Of a stretch of DNA of 64,000 nucleotides, positions 47,576-57,512 are shown one piece after another. Source of the DNA: a bacterium (lineage in GTDB: Bacteria > Patescibacteriota > Minisyncoccia > Phycocordibacterales > UBA5272); contig JAIXVU010000002.1 of NCBI GenBank assembly GCA_027482685.1, positions 19,352 through 83,351 on the forward strand, read 5' to 3'. A program made the translations under genes and the position numbers. Numbering within the stretch: position 1 is the first letter of the stretch; every line of letters begins with the position of its first letter. The notes under the pieces were generated by a model. The model worked only from the letters and a program-made list of their open reading frames with translations, ran no database searches and had not been told where the DNA came from.

Positions 47576-48733
47576 ATGAGAAAAGTTTTAAGAAAAATCC
47601 TGCGCTTCCTCCATCATTTTTTCATCCCACACAAGCATAACGAATACCGCCCACATATTTTTCGTGAGGCGTCCATTGCAAGTATCTTACTTGTATCACT
47701 TATCACATTTGCAATCTCTATAACATCAGCGCTCATCATCACATCACCATCTGGAGCATCAATTGTTACTCGCGTGCTTGTAGATTTGACGAATGATCAT
47801 CGAATTAGTAATGGCCTTAATCCACTGTTTCATAACGAGACACTAGATAACGCTGCGCTACTTAAGGCAAAGGATATGGCGATGTGGGGCTACTTTGCTC
47901 ATTATAGTCCTACAGGGGTTACGCCGTGGAGTTTCTTTGATAAGGTGGGGTATGTGTTTCTCTTCGCAGGAGAAAATCTCGCGATTAATTTTACCGATTC
48001 ACGTGATATACAAGAAGCGTGGATGGCTTCTCCAACACATAGGAAAAATATTTTAGATCCTCGATTCAAGGAGATTGGTCTAGCAACACAGGAGGGGGTA
48101 TACGATGGCTATCCAACAATATATGTTGTGCAGTTCTTCGGTTCGCCTGCGCTTCGCTCTACAACTGTCGTTGCAACTACATCAACAAGTACGTCACAAA
48201 CGACTGGTAAGAAAAATAAAGCTATAACGTCTGTTACAAAAGCAACTTCAAGACCTTCTAACGAGTTTGCCGCAAACACTCGTGTAAAAGGAGCAGAGAC
48301 TACGCTTTCTGCAAATGATGTCATACCAGATGACGAACGCATAGCAGGCGGTCTAGTGTCTGCTACTCAAACGGAAGTTACAATACCTGAGTATAGCGAG
48401 CAGGCGTTTATAACTATTCTCGCAGGAGATACATCGTTTGCGTATAATACAGATCCAGAACTTCTAGCTACAAATACTACTTCTATGCAGATGGTTGTCT
48501 ATTCCACATGGTATGAGCGTAGCATGATGGCATTTCCACGTAACATACAGATAGTGTATACCATCGTACTCATCATTCTTTTACTAGCATCACTTTCATT
48601 TATTTGTATAGAAATTAGACGCGAACATCATAAACATATTATCTACACAGTTCTCATCGTTATAATTCTTCTTATCTTAATGTATCTCAATAAAGCCTAC
48701 ATCATCTCTCAAGTGCCATTTATAAAATTCTAG
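47576..48733 (+). CDS. CAP/SCP/PR-1 domain protein, membrane-anchored with Ser/Thr-rich linker
   Basis: 385 aa; CAP signatures NDHRISNGLNPL, HYSPTGV, GENLAINF, W..SPTHRKNIL, YVVQFF; N- and C-terminal TM segments. Confidence 0.65.
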   Translation: MRKVLRKILRFLHHFFIPHKHNEYRPHIFREASIASILLVSLITFAISITSALIITSPSGASIVTRVLVDLTNDHRISNGLNPLFHNETLDNAALLKAKDMAMWGYFAHYSPTGVTPWSFFDKVGYVFLFAGENLAINFTDSRDIQEAWMASPTHRKNILDPRFKEIGLATQEGVYDGYPTIYVVQFFGSPALRSTTVVATTSTSTSQTTGKKNKAITSVTKATSRPSNEFAANTRVKGAETTLSANDVIPDDERIAGGLVSATQTEVTIPEYSEQAFITILAGDTSFAYNTDPELLATNTTSMQMVVYSTWYERSMMAFPRNIQIVYTIVLIILLLASLSFICIEIRREHHKHIIYTVLIVIILLILMYLNKAYIISQVPFIKF

Positions 48734-48923
48734 GAATAGAAAAAGCCGGACATCTCGCGATGCCGGCCTTCGACAGATAGCTTTTGTGTAGCTTTCGGAG
48801 CTCTGTCACACAGCCAGTGATGGGCCGCTTGCTATCCTGCTTTACTCCGTGCTGGGTTGCATGCCCAGCATGACCTTCAACATCGACTCATATTGGTCTC
48901 CTTGGTTGTGGCGTCGCTGGTGA

Positions 48924-49154
48924 TCAGCTGGTGAGTGCCGTTTTCCGACGGAACTTCACGAGCTTCTTGGGCTTCCGGCCGTAGTTGCGCGGCGAGGAGT
49001 GGCCCACCTTCAGGTAGTCGCGGAAGATTTTCTCCCGTTCACCAGAAGTGACGGGCATCTTGCCTGTGGTTTCGTTGACCACCTCCTTGGGCGTCGGGTC
49101 GCCATAGCACCACGCAGCCCTGATGAAGGTATTACCGATGAGGATCACGCACAT
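48924..49154 (-). CDS. small hypothetical protein in GC-rich island (76 aa from MCVILIG...)
   Basis: Strong SD AAGGAG 7 nt upstream of the internal ATG; GC-rich unlike the genome; no recognisable domain. Confidence 0.3.
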   Translation of the reverse strand: MCVILIGNTFIRAAWCYGDPTPKEVVNETTGKMPVTSGEREKIFRDYLKVGHSSPRNYGRKPKKLVKFRRKTALTS

Positions 49155-49310
49155 GGATTTTCTCCTTGTTGGTGCGGTTGGGAACTGGATACAACGAACT
49201 TTAACTGACATATATTATACACTATTATAAACTTTTGTCAAGTACAATTAGGCTTATACATCAAGGGTATTTTGACACATATTCTGTATTTGTTATGTAT
49301 TTACTACCTC

Positions 49311-49407
49311 TTAACCCCACCCTTTCGAAGCCTTGTGAAGCGCGACGGCGCGGAACAGAGACAATTTCTAGCAAGAAATTGTCGTGCTTTGAAAGGGTGG
49401 GGTTAAA
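49311..49407 (+). ncRNA. candidate structured RNA / regulatory element: 21-bp closing stem (ttaaccccaccctttcGaagc / gcttTgaaagggtggggttaa) enclosing two internal hairpins
   Basis: Read directly; internal stems cgcg-acgg-cgcg and gacaatttc-tagcaa-gaaattgtc. Lies upstream of the MBL-fold gene, non-coding in all frames. Confidence 0.3.
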
Positions 49408-49489
49408 AAGAAAAGAAAATGAAATTAGAAAACGAAATGTGTTACGTATCGAACCACGGCAATAGTAAAGCCCATTTTTCAGAAAGCTA

Positions 49490-50146
49490 TTGTATGTTAG
49501 AATACATCCCATGATAATCACTCACTACGGCAAAGAACATTTCAAATTACAAGTTGGAGATTTAACTGTTGCAATTAACCCAGTATCAAAAGATGGCTCT
49601 GGAAAGGTGGCAAAGTATGGAGCTGATATTACACTTATCACTGTCAACCACCCAGACTATAATGGAGCAGAGCAGACAGAACACGGAGAGAAGACACCTT
49701 TTGTTGTTCGTGGTGGGGGAGAATATGAGGTGCATGACGTTTTCATCAAAGGATTCAATACTGTAACAAAGTTAAAAGATGAAAAGAAAGATAAAGACTA
49801 TCAGAATACAAGCTATGTGTTCACATTAGACGGGATACGAGTGACGTTCTTAGGAGCAATCTCTGTAATGCTACAACCTGAGCACAAGTCTGTGATAGAT
49901 GAGACAGATGTACTATTCGTTCCCGTTGGACGAGATGATTTCCTGCTTAATCCATACGATGCGCAGAAGCTTGCGGTATCGCTTGAATCCAAGCTTGTTA
50001 TTCCGATGGATTACGACGAGCAGTCATTACCAATATTTCTAAAAGAAGCAGGAGCAGAAAAGATAGAGCCAGTTGAGAAGTTAACAATTAAGAGGAAGGA
50101 TATCGAGAGCAAATTAGGTGAAGTGGTCCTGTTCCACGAGATGTAA
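49490..50146 (+). CDS. metallo-beta-lactamase-fold protein lacking the canonical HxHxDH motif
   Basis: 218 aa; UPF0173-like overall pattern (ITHYGKEHF...DITLITVNHPDYNG...FLGAISVM...VIPMDY), but the His cluster is replaced (NHPDYN). Confidence 0.45.
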   Translation: MYVRIHPMIITHYGKEHFKLQVGDLTVAINPVSKDGSGKVAKYGADITLITVNHPDYNGAEQTEHGEKTPFVVRGGGEYEVHDVFIKGFNTVTKLKDEKKDKDYQNTSYVFTLDGIRVTFLGAISVMLQPEHKSVIDETDVLFVPVGRDDFLLNPYDAQKLAVSLESKLVIPMDYDEQSLPIFLKEAGAEKIEPVEKLTIKRKDIESKLGEVVLFHEM

Positions 50147-50268
50147 TCTAAAAAATAATACTATCTACTTTATCGATCAGATATTTTTTAAGGTTGCTGC
50201 ACTTTATTCTCTTACTACTTTTTACTAACTACCTACTACTTTCATTTGTTGTATACTAGTTTCTAAGA

Positions 50269-50622
50269 ATGAAAAACTATATCAAGTATATTCGTAGACA
50301 ATCTAAACATATCCAGCATATTCATGCGGCGATTTTTTCTGGAGCCTTAACGACGTTAATTGCAGTTGTTGTTCTGTATGCCGATTACGGATTTTGGCAA
50401 GAAAAGTATGTACGAAATGACACTCTCACAACTGATGAATTAACACTAACCGCTAAGAAAGAAGAACCTAAGATTGACTCACCGGTTGAGACACTTGGTA
50501 AGTTTTTTGAAGAAGCAAAGGTGAGAATAAGTGGAGTGCAGTTATCTAGTGTGCAACTTCTGGAAGGCAAAGAAGTATACATAAAAGACGAGGGTGAGGC
50601 GTCAACGACTAATCAAAACTAA
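50269..50622 (+). CDS. hypothetical small membrane protein
   Basis: 117 aa, one TM helix (AAIFSGALTTLIAVVVLYADYGFW). Confidence 0.3.
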   Translation: MKNYIKYIRRQSKHIQHIHAAIFSGALTTLIAVVVLYADYGFWQEKYVRNDTLTTDELTLTAKKEEPKIDSPVETLGKFFEEAKVRISGVQLSSVQLLEGKEVYIKDEGEASTTNQN

Positions 50623-50721
50623 CCCAACAACCTGTAGCGAAGATACCCTATTTATGCTAGAATAATGTTATACAAACACCGACTAAAATTCGGAAAATAA
50701 CACTTATTTCTCTTATCTTGT

Positions 50722-53196
50722 ATGGCTAAAAAGACTACACCACCAGAAGTTCCAAACGAGGTTCCGAAAACAGGGAATGCGCTTAGTCCGGTAAACATCG
50801 TAAGTGAAATGCGCACTGCGTATCTTGACTATGCGATGAGTGTTATTACAGCGCGTGCACTACCGGATGCGCGTGATGGACTCAAGCCAGTGCATCGTCG
50901 TATCTTGTACTCCATGAATAACATGGGTCTTACTCCTGGGGCGAAGTTCCGAAAGTCCGCAACTATTGTTGGAGATGTGCTCGGTAACTATCACCCACAT
51001 GGTGACGCGTCTGTATACGATGCGATGGTGAAGTCTGCGCAGGATTTTTCATATCGTTATCCTTTGGTGTTGGGTCAAGGTAACTTCGGATCAATTGATG
51101 GTGACGGTGCCGCGGCATACCGTTATACAGAAGCGAAGATGTCTAAAGTTTCCATGGAAATGATGCGTGATATTGAAAAGGATACAGTGCTTATGGTGGC
51201 AAACTACGATGGTACAAAAAAAGAACCTCATGTTCTTCCTACTGCAGTTCCTAACCTACTCCTTAATGGAACGCTTGGTATTGCTGTTGGTATGGCAACA
51301 AACATCCCACCACATAACTTAACAGAAGTAGTAGATGCTACAACGCATCTTATTGATAATCCTCACGCTACGACTGAAGAGCTTTGTGAGTACATTAAAG
51401 GACCAGATTTCCCGATGGGAGGTATTGCATTTGGTCAGTCAGATATCCGTGCTGCATACGCGACAGGTCGCGGTGGTGTCGTTGTGCGCGGAGAAGCAGA
51501 GATAGTAGAGACTAAAAGTGGGGCTTTCCAGATTATAATTACGTCTATTCCATTTCGTGTTCTTAAAAGTAACCTGATTGAAAACATTGCAGATCTCGTA
51601 CGTGATAAAAAGATAGACGGCATCAAAGGACTGCGTGATGAATCTACAAAAGATATTCGTGTAGTGATAGATCTAAAGTCTGGTGCGCAACCACAGAAGG
51701 TACTTAACTATTTATATAAGCATACTGAACTAGAAAGCACATTCCACTATAACGTGGTAGCTCTTGTTGATGGTGTGCCACAGACACTCGCGCTTAAAGG
51801 TGCTCTTGAAGCATTTGTTGGGCATCGTAAGGAAGTAGTTCGTCGTCGTACGGAGTTTGATCTCAAGCGCGCTTTAGAAAAAGAACATATCCTCTTGGGA
51901 CTCAAGAAAGCTCTTGATCATATTGATGAAATCATCAAGACTATTCGTGCTGCAAAAGATACACCGGACGCTCACGCGCAACTCATGAAGAAGTGGAGGT
52001 TTTCAGAGATTCAAGCAACAGCAATCCTTGAGATGAAGCTACAGCGTTTAGCTGGACTTGAGCGTAAGAAAATAGAAGATGAGCTAAAGGCAGTCCAAGC
52101 ACTCATTGCAGAACTAGAGGCTATCCTTAAATCCGAGAAAAAGATGCTTTCTATAATCAAGGGTGAGCTTGCTGAGATAAAAGAAAAGTACGGCGATGAG
52201 AGGCGTACTAAGATAGTGAAGCACAAGGCAAAAGAGTTCAATCCAGAAGATTTAATTCCAGATAAAGAAGAAGTATTGGTCTATACATCCGGTGGGTATG
52301 TTAAACGTACTGACCCAAGTGAGTTCCGTACACAGAAACGCGGCGGAGTAGGGGTGGTTGATATGAATACAAAAGAAGAGGATTTCGTCACGATGTCTCT
52401 CACGACGTCGTCACACAGCGATCTACTATTCTTTACTGACAAGGGTAAGGCGTATCAGATCAAGATGTATGATCTTCCAGAAGGTAAGCGTGCAACACGT
52501 GGTAAGAGTATTATGAACTTCCTCCAGTTATCAGACGGTGAAAAGGTAACAAGTATATTACCGATGCCTAAAGACATGAAAGAAATGAAAGGGGTATCGC
52601 TTATGATGATAACGAAAGATGGTACAGTGAAGAAATCCGCTGCTGAGAGCTTCAAGGATGTACGTCGTAATGGACTAATTGCCATTAAGCTAGATGGTAG
52701 TGATGAACTACTTGCTACAATGTTTGTTCAGAATGAGGACTCAGTTATCTTAACAACACAAAATGGTCAGTCTATACGATTTGCTCACACCGATGTCCGT
52801 GAGATGGGTCGTACCGCAGCTGGTGTTATTGGTATGAAATTAGACAAGGGTGATGTGATAGTGGCAGCAGATAAGATACTAGGCGGAGCAAAAGGTAACG
52901 AGCTCCTAATCATGACAGCTAATGGGTATGGCAAGAAGACTAAGATATCTGAATACAAAATACAAAAGCGTGGTGGTAGCGGTATCAAAACTGTTAAGGT
53001 AACAGAAAAGACTGGCAAGTTGATGGTGGCGCGCATCGTAACAGGTGAACAGGAGGAATTACTTGCGGTATCTAAGGACTCACAGGTTATTCGTACAGAA
53101 GTATCGTCAATTCCAACTCTTGGGCGTGATACGCAAGGTGTGCGTATTATGAAACTTCGTGACGGGGATTCTGTCGCTTCCTTTAACCTCCTATAA
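50722..53196 (+). CDS. gyrA: DNA gyrase subunit A
   Basis: 824 aa; [26 protein letters not shown] with the active-site Tyr region, QRD-like region and C-terminal beta-pinwheel repeats. Confidence 0.9.
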   Translation: MAKKTTPPEVPNEVPKTGNALSPVNIVSEMRTAYLDYAMSVITARALPDARDGLKPVHRRILYSMNNMGLTPGAKFRKSATIVGDVLGNYHPHGDASVYDAMVKSAQDFSYRYPLVLGQGNFGSIDGDGAAAYRYTEAKMSKVSMEMMRDIEKDTVLMVANYDGTKKEPHVLPTAVPNLLLNGTLGIAVGMATNIPPHNLTEVVDATTHLIDNPHATTEELCEYIKGPDFPMGGIAFGQSDIRAAYATGRGGVVVRGEAEIVETKSGAFQIIITSIPFRVLKSNLIENIADLVRDKKIDGIKGLRDESTKDIRVVIDLKSGAQPQKVLNYLYKHTELESTFHYNVVALVDGVPQTLALKGALEAFVGHRKEVVRRRTEFDLKRALEKEHILLGLKKALDHIDEIIKTIRAAKDTPDAHAQLMKKWRFSEIQATAILEMKLQRLAGLERKKIEDELKAVQALIAELEAILKSEKKMLSIIKGELAEIKEKYGDERRTKIVKHKAKEFNPEDLIPDKEEVLVYTSGGYVKRTDPSEFRTQKRGGVGVVDMNTKEEDFVTMSLTTSSHSDLLFFTDKGKAYQIKMYDLPEGKRATRGKSIMNFLQLSDGEKVTSILPMPKDMKEMKGVSLMMITKDGTVKKSAAESFKDVRRNGLIAIKLDGSDELLATMFVQNEDSVILTTQNGQSIRFAHTDVREMGRTAAGVIGMKLDKGDVIVAADKILGGAKGNELLIMTANGYGKKTKISEYKIQKRGGSGIKTVKVTEKTGKLMVARIVTGEQEELLAVSKDSQVIRTEVSSIPTLGRDTQGVRIMKLRDGDSVASFNLL

Positions 53197-53402
53197 AGAA
53201 CGTCATAAATTGCGAGACTATTTTGTCGCATAGATTTTTTTCAGTCACTGTACGTTTAAGCACATCTCCTTCAAAAAATATCAAAGACTTCGCGTGTTCT
53301 CATCAATTTTTGACGTTCATACTACTGCAAACCCAAGCATAGTGCTTTGAAATTACTTCTTTTCCACTATTAACTATCAACTATTAACTATATACTAGTT
53401 CT

Positions 53403-53927
53403 ATGTCATTCCTCACGCCACGTCAGCTTGTACAAGAACTATACATCAAACCAGGTGACAGAGTCGCTGATCTTGGCTGTGGTACCGGAGTCTATACTAT
53501 AGAACTTGCTCATGCTGTAGCTGAGATCGGGCAAGTTTTTGCAGTTGATGTACATCGTGAGGCACTTCATACCCTAGCAGGTACTCTTGATAAACAGTCC
53601 ATCCAAAATGTTGAAATGATATGGGCGGATCTAGAGAAGGCTATACCGATTGATGCCTACAGCCTGGATGCGGTAGTGGTGTCTAATATACTTTTTCAAC
53701 TACATGATATTGATGCAATGCTCTCTCATGTTGCAAAGTTATTAAAGCCAGAAGGGCAGATGCTTGTAGTTGAATGGAGTCATTCTCACGGTGGTATTGG
53801 TCCACATGCTGATCATGTGGTAAGTGAGCAAAAAGCTGAAGCGCTTGTCCAAAAGCATGGCTTCAGGCTCCTCAAACGTCTGCCTGCTGGGGATTATCAT
53901 TATGCATTTATCGCACTTTCCTTATAA
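53403..53927 (+). CDS. class I SAM-dependent methyltransferase
   Basis: 174 aa; motif I VADLGCGTGVYT. Confidence 0.6.
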   Translation: MSFLTPRQLVQELYIKPGDRVADLGCGTGVYTIELAHAVAEIGQVFAVDVHREALHTLAGTLDKQSIQNVEMIWADLEKAIPIDAYSLDAVVVSNILFQLHDIDAMLSHVAKLLKPEGQMLVVEWSHSHGGIGPHADHVVSEQKAEALVQKHGFRLLKRLPAGDYHYAFIALSL

Positions 53928-53936
53928 AATATAACT

Positions 53937-55241
53937 ATGTTACGTAACATTATCCTTGGTGTTGGAGTCTTTGCAGCATTATTCTCTATTCTAATCTTTT
54001 CTGGAAGAGTTCCTTTTGGAGGTGGGGATAAAGCCAACGTACCAAAAGGAGATGTAAACGTCTGGGGAACACTACCATCAGCTGTGATGGCTCCAATTAT
54101 TCAAGTCTTTAACCCTCAAGCAAAGACATACAAAGTTGTGTATCGTGAAGTCCCGGAAGAGATGTTTGCTTCCTATCTTCTTGAGGCTTTAGCCAACGGC
54201 ACTGGGCCAGATGTTATCATGGGTCCGCATGAGCTCATACTATCTCAATCAGCGCGTATCTATCCTTTTCCGCTAAGCTCGATGCCAGAGGCTACGTTTA
54301 GACAGAGTTATGTTGACGGGGCGCAAGTATTCCTTACTCCAAGTGGTGCTATTGCATTACCTGTTGCTATTGACCCTATGGTGCTTTTTTATAATAGACG
54401 TATTTTTTCTAAGGAAGGTGTAGTGAATCCTCCAGTATATTGGGATGAAGTAACATCACTTGTTCCTAAACTTACAAAAATTGACGATAGCGGAGCTTTT
54501 ATTCAGTCGGGGATAGGTCTTGGTGCAGCGACTACACCGTACTCAAAAGATATTCTTATGGCAATCGTTGGTCAGTTAGGGCAAGTGCCTCTTCTTAGAC
54601 AATACGCTGCAGATACAAGTACTTATGTAACGGTAACAGCAAATACCCCAGTACAAAAAGATGGTAATGTGAAGCCTCTTTCTGATGCGCTTCGTTATTT
54701 TACACAATTTGCTGATACCGCTAAGACAACGTATACATGGAATGATTTTGCAGGCCGTGCGGACGATCAGTTCGTCGCAGAAAAGCTCGCTATGTACCTT
54801 GGTTATGCTGGTGAGTATGATGTACTTCGTGCACGTAATCCAAAAGGAGATTATGGAATGGCAACATTTCCACAAACACGAGACTATAACACATTTGTTA
54901 CTGGAGGAAAGCTCTACGGTATAGCAACGCTTAAGAACACACGTAATCTTCTAGCTTCGCTTACTGTCCAGTCACAGTTTGGAGGGCCAGCCGTTGCGCA
55001 AGCGTTAGCTACAGGTTTTGGAGGAGTACCTGCGCTACGAGCGTATGCAACAACTCCTGGAATAGATCCAGTTATCGCAAAGAGCATGCTCGTGACTAGT
55101 CCATGGTACGATATCTACAAAGACCGTTCTAGTCAGTTAGTAATGACGATGATAGCAGATGTTGTAAATGGTCGTGCGGGGCCGACAGATGCTGCGTCAG
55201 CATTTGTAGCTCGATTGCAAGATCTCTATACTACCAAGTAA
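53937..55241 (+). CDS. membrane-anchored extracellular solute-binding-protein-like protein
   Basis: 434 aa; N-terminal TM anchor then periplasmic-binding-protein-like composition; no adjacent permease genes. Confidence 0.4.
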   Translation: MLRNIILGVGVFAALFSILIFSGRVPFGGGDKANVPKGDVNVWGTLPSAVMAPIIQVFNPQAKTYKVVYREVPEEMFASYLLEALANGTGPDVIMGPHELILSQSARIYPFPLSSMPEATFRQSYVDGAQVFLTPSGAIALPVAIDPMVLFYNRRIFSKEGVVNPPVYWDEVTSLVPKLTKIDDSGAFIQSGIGLGAATTPYSKDILMAIVGQLGQVPLLRQYAADTSTYVTVTANTPVQKDGNVKPLSDALRYFTQFADTAKTTYTWNDFAGRADDQFVAEKLAMYLGYAGEYDVLRARNPKGDYGMATFPQTRDYNTFVTGGKLYGIATLKNTRNLLASLTVQSQFGGPAVAQALATGFGGVPALRAYATTPGIDPVIAKSMLVTSPWYDIYKDRSSQLVMTMIADVVNGRAGPTDAASAFVARLQDLYTTK

Positions 55242-55250
55242 CACAATACC

Positions 55251-56114
55251 ATGAACTATTTTTTGAAATTACTCGGTGTAAGTTTCTGTATAAGTTTTAT
55301 TATTCTTGGTAGTTTTGCTATAGGTACTCCTACTCGTGTCTATGCTCAGAGTGGCCCGTCGCTTTCAGGAGATGATGTGTGTGGGAGTTCATCTTCTACA
55401 AAATGTACTTTAGATGACGGGAAGAGAATAATTCGCGCTTTTGTTACTAACCTTGTTATCCCTATTGGTCTTACCCTTCTTACTGTGTTTATTATTTTAC
55501 GTATTCTCATGGCACAGAAAGCTCTTATGGAAGGAAATGCTAATGCGTACAAAGAAGCAAGCAAGAAGATTGCAAACGCTATCGTCAGTTTCGTTGTTAT
55601 TGTTGCGGTTATTGGTGGGTTAGCACTTGCAATCCTAAGGTTCTTAGGAGTAGAAGATACATTCACGTTCCTTTTATCGTATGAGACTACACCATATTCT
55701 CAAGTTTTTGTTAATGCTTTTGTTTCAACGGCATACGCCCAAGAACCAACCTGTGGCCCTGGTGCAGGTAGTACATGCCTTAACAATCCTGTAGGTATAA
55801 CTAGTCTGTATGATTTTATTTTAACTGTGGTTAGGCTTTTTATAAGATGGTTCGTTTTTCCAGCGATTATCTTCATGTGGGTATTTACTGGCTTTAAGTT
55901 CGTAGCTGCACAAGGTAGACCAGACGAGATAGTGAAAGCAAAGAAATGGTTGCTCTGGGGTATTATTGCAACCGTAGTCGTTGCTCTTACTGAAGGGTTC
56001 TTGTTTGCAATTCGTGGAACAGTGAATGCAATTCTACCAGGAGCAGCAGTTAATATCATAGACTACGGTACTATACTTGCGACAGTGATTTCAACTATTA
56101 CTAGGTATTTATAA
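55251..56114 (+). CDS. tandem-duplicated two-TM pilin-like protein (two TrbC/VirB2-like modules)
   Basis: 287 aa; module 1 has a signal peptide ending VYAQ, a CxxxxxxC pair, TM1, a KE-rich loop and TM2. Module 2 repeats the same plan (AYAQ, CxxxxxxxC, TM1, loop, TM2). Confidence 0.4.
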   Translation: MNYFLKLLGVSFCISFIILGSFAIGTPTRVYAQSGPSLSGDDVCGSSSSTKCTLDDGKRIIRAFVTNLVIPIGLTLLTVFIILRILMAQKALMEGNANAYKEASKKIANAIVSFVVIVAVIGGLALAILRFLGVEDTFTFLLSYETTPYSQVFVNAFVSTAYAQEPTCGPGAGSTCLNNPVGITSLYDFILTVVRLFIRWFVFPAIIFMWVFTGFKFVAAQGRPDEIVKAKKWLLWGIIATVVVALTEGFLFAIRGTVNAILPGAAVNIIDYGTILATVISTITRYL

Positions 56115-56191
56115 TGTACTATGATTATTTTCATAGCTGAACATAGTAATTATAGGTAGGCTCTGATACACTTTGTGATGTAATTATATAT

Positions 56192-56923
56192 ATGATAAAA
56201 AAATATCTACAAAATAAACGTGCACTATCTATCGGTATAGTCTTTGCTTTAGCTTTACCTACACTCCTTCATGCACAAGGGGCTGCTCAAACACAAGCAA
56301 CGGGAGCATTCGGGTCACTTGCTGCAGTGGTAGATAATTTTACTAACACGGTGGTTGCGGCTCTTGGCTCGCTCTTTGTTGCGGCGGGTACAGTAGCGTT
56401 CTTTTATGGAATGGTGCAGTATATATGGGGAGTACGCCAAGGAGATGCGGGTAAGGCAAAGGTTGGTAATAGTTTCATGGTGTGGGGGCTAGTTGGTGTG
56501 TTTGTCATGGTCTCTGTGTGGGGAATAGTGTATTGGTTCCAGAGTATATTCGGTATCCAAAATCAGAATAACATTGTTATCCCGCGTATTCAGATTGGAG
56601 GAGCTCCGCAAGCTAATAGAGGTGCCACCCCAGCCCAGCCTCTAGGATCTCCAGGAGCTACAGCACCGAGTAACGCTGGAGCAACACCAACGAGCTGTGC
56701 AGGTCTTCAGCCGGGGTCAGCGTGTAGATTACGAGATGGTTCTACAGGTTTTTGTACCGCTTCAGGGTGTATGTCTTCTCCCCCGACCGGTTCGGCAGCA
56801 AACGATCCGAATGCTATATGTCGAACGTGGGGCCCTGGAACTGGGTGTACACTAAATGGACAGCGAGCAGTGTGTACGGCAAACAATATCTGTGCCTTTG
56901 AGGACCAACTAATGGGTCCATAA
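56192..56923 (+). CDS. two-TM pilin-like protein with Pro/Gly-rich linker and C-terminal 8-Cys domain
   Basis: 243 aa; signal peptide ending LHAQ; TM1 AAGTVAFFYGMVQYIWG; loop GDAGKAKVGN; TM2 FMVWGLVGVFVMVSVWGIV; the C-terminus has 8 Cys. Confidence 0.4.
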   Translation: MIKKYLQNKRALSIGIVFALALPTLLHAQGAAQTQATGAFGSLAAVVDNFTNTVVAALGSLFVAAGTVAFFYGMVQYIWGVRQGDAGKAKVGNSFMVWGLVGVFVMVSVWGIVYWFQSIFGIQNQNNIVIPRIQIGGAPQANRGATPAQPLGSPGATAPSNAGATPTSCAGLQPGSACRLRDGSTGFCTASGCMSSPPTGSAANDPNAICRTWGPGTGCTLNGQRAVCTANNICAFEDQLMGP

Positions 56924-57015
56924 TTTTTTTATATGGCAATTGTCCACAGGGAATCCCTTAATTACTTGCAATAGGTCTGAAAGGGGATATACTTATAATT
57001 ATACACAATAAATAT

Positions 57016-57438
57016 ATGAAAAAAGCTTTAATCACATTATCACTTCCACTTGTTACCGTAGGAGCTGCACTCGCGCAGATTCAAGGAGCAATCACTAATC
57101 AGACAGGAACAGGTTCTGTTGCAGGACAGGGTCTAATCAACCTTATCAATACAGCACAAACAATTCTTAGTCTTCTTGTTCCACTTTTTATTGGTGTTGC
57201 GGTTATTGTATTCTTCTACTTCCTTGTTAAGTTTATTACCCAAGGAGCAGAGTCTGGAGATAAAAGATCAGAAGCTATTAAAGGAATGGCGTTTTCGGTT
57301 CTTGCGCTTTTCGTAATGGTATCTATCTGGGGTCTTGTCGGACTGCTCGGGTCATTCGTCGGTGTTAATCAAGGAGGTAATGTCCCTGCACCTGGTATCC
57401 CTGTACCATGTGGTGGCGCAACAGGACGTCCTTGCTAA
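57016..57438 (+). CDS. two-TM pilin-like protein (TrbC/VirB2-like architecture)
   Basis: 140 aa; signal peptide ending ALAQ; TM1 LLVPLFIGVAVIVFFYFLVKFI; loop GAESGDKRSEAIKG; TM2 MAFSVLALFVMVSIWGLVGLLG; C-terminal PCGGATGRPC. Confidence 0.4.
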   Translation: MKKALITLSLPLVTVGAALAQIQGAITNQTGTGSVAGQGLINLINTAQTILSLLVPLFIGVAVIVFFYFLVKFITQGAESGDKRSEAIKGMAFSVLALFVMVSIWGLVGLLGSFVGVNQGGNVPAPGIPVPCGGATGRPC

Positions 57439-57459
57439 GTATATTTTCTAAAGATTAAA

Positions 57460-57500
57460 GCAAACAAAACTCTCTGTCTAGAGAGTTTTGTTTTTGTGAG
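57460..57500 (+). terminator. hairpin terminator (caaaactctct-gtctag-agagagttttg + T-run)
   Basis: Read directly after the 57016-57438 stop. Confidence 0.5.
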
Positions 57501-57512
57501 AATATAACTGTC

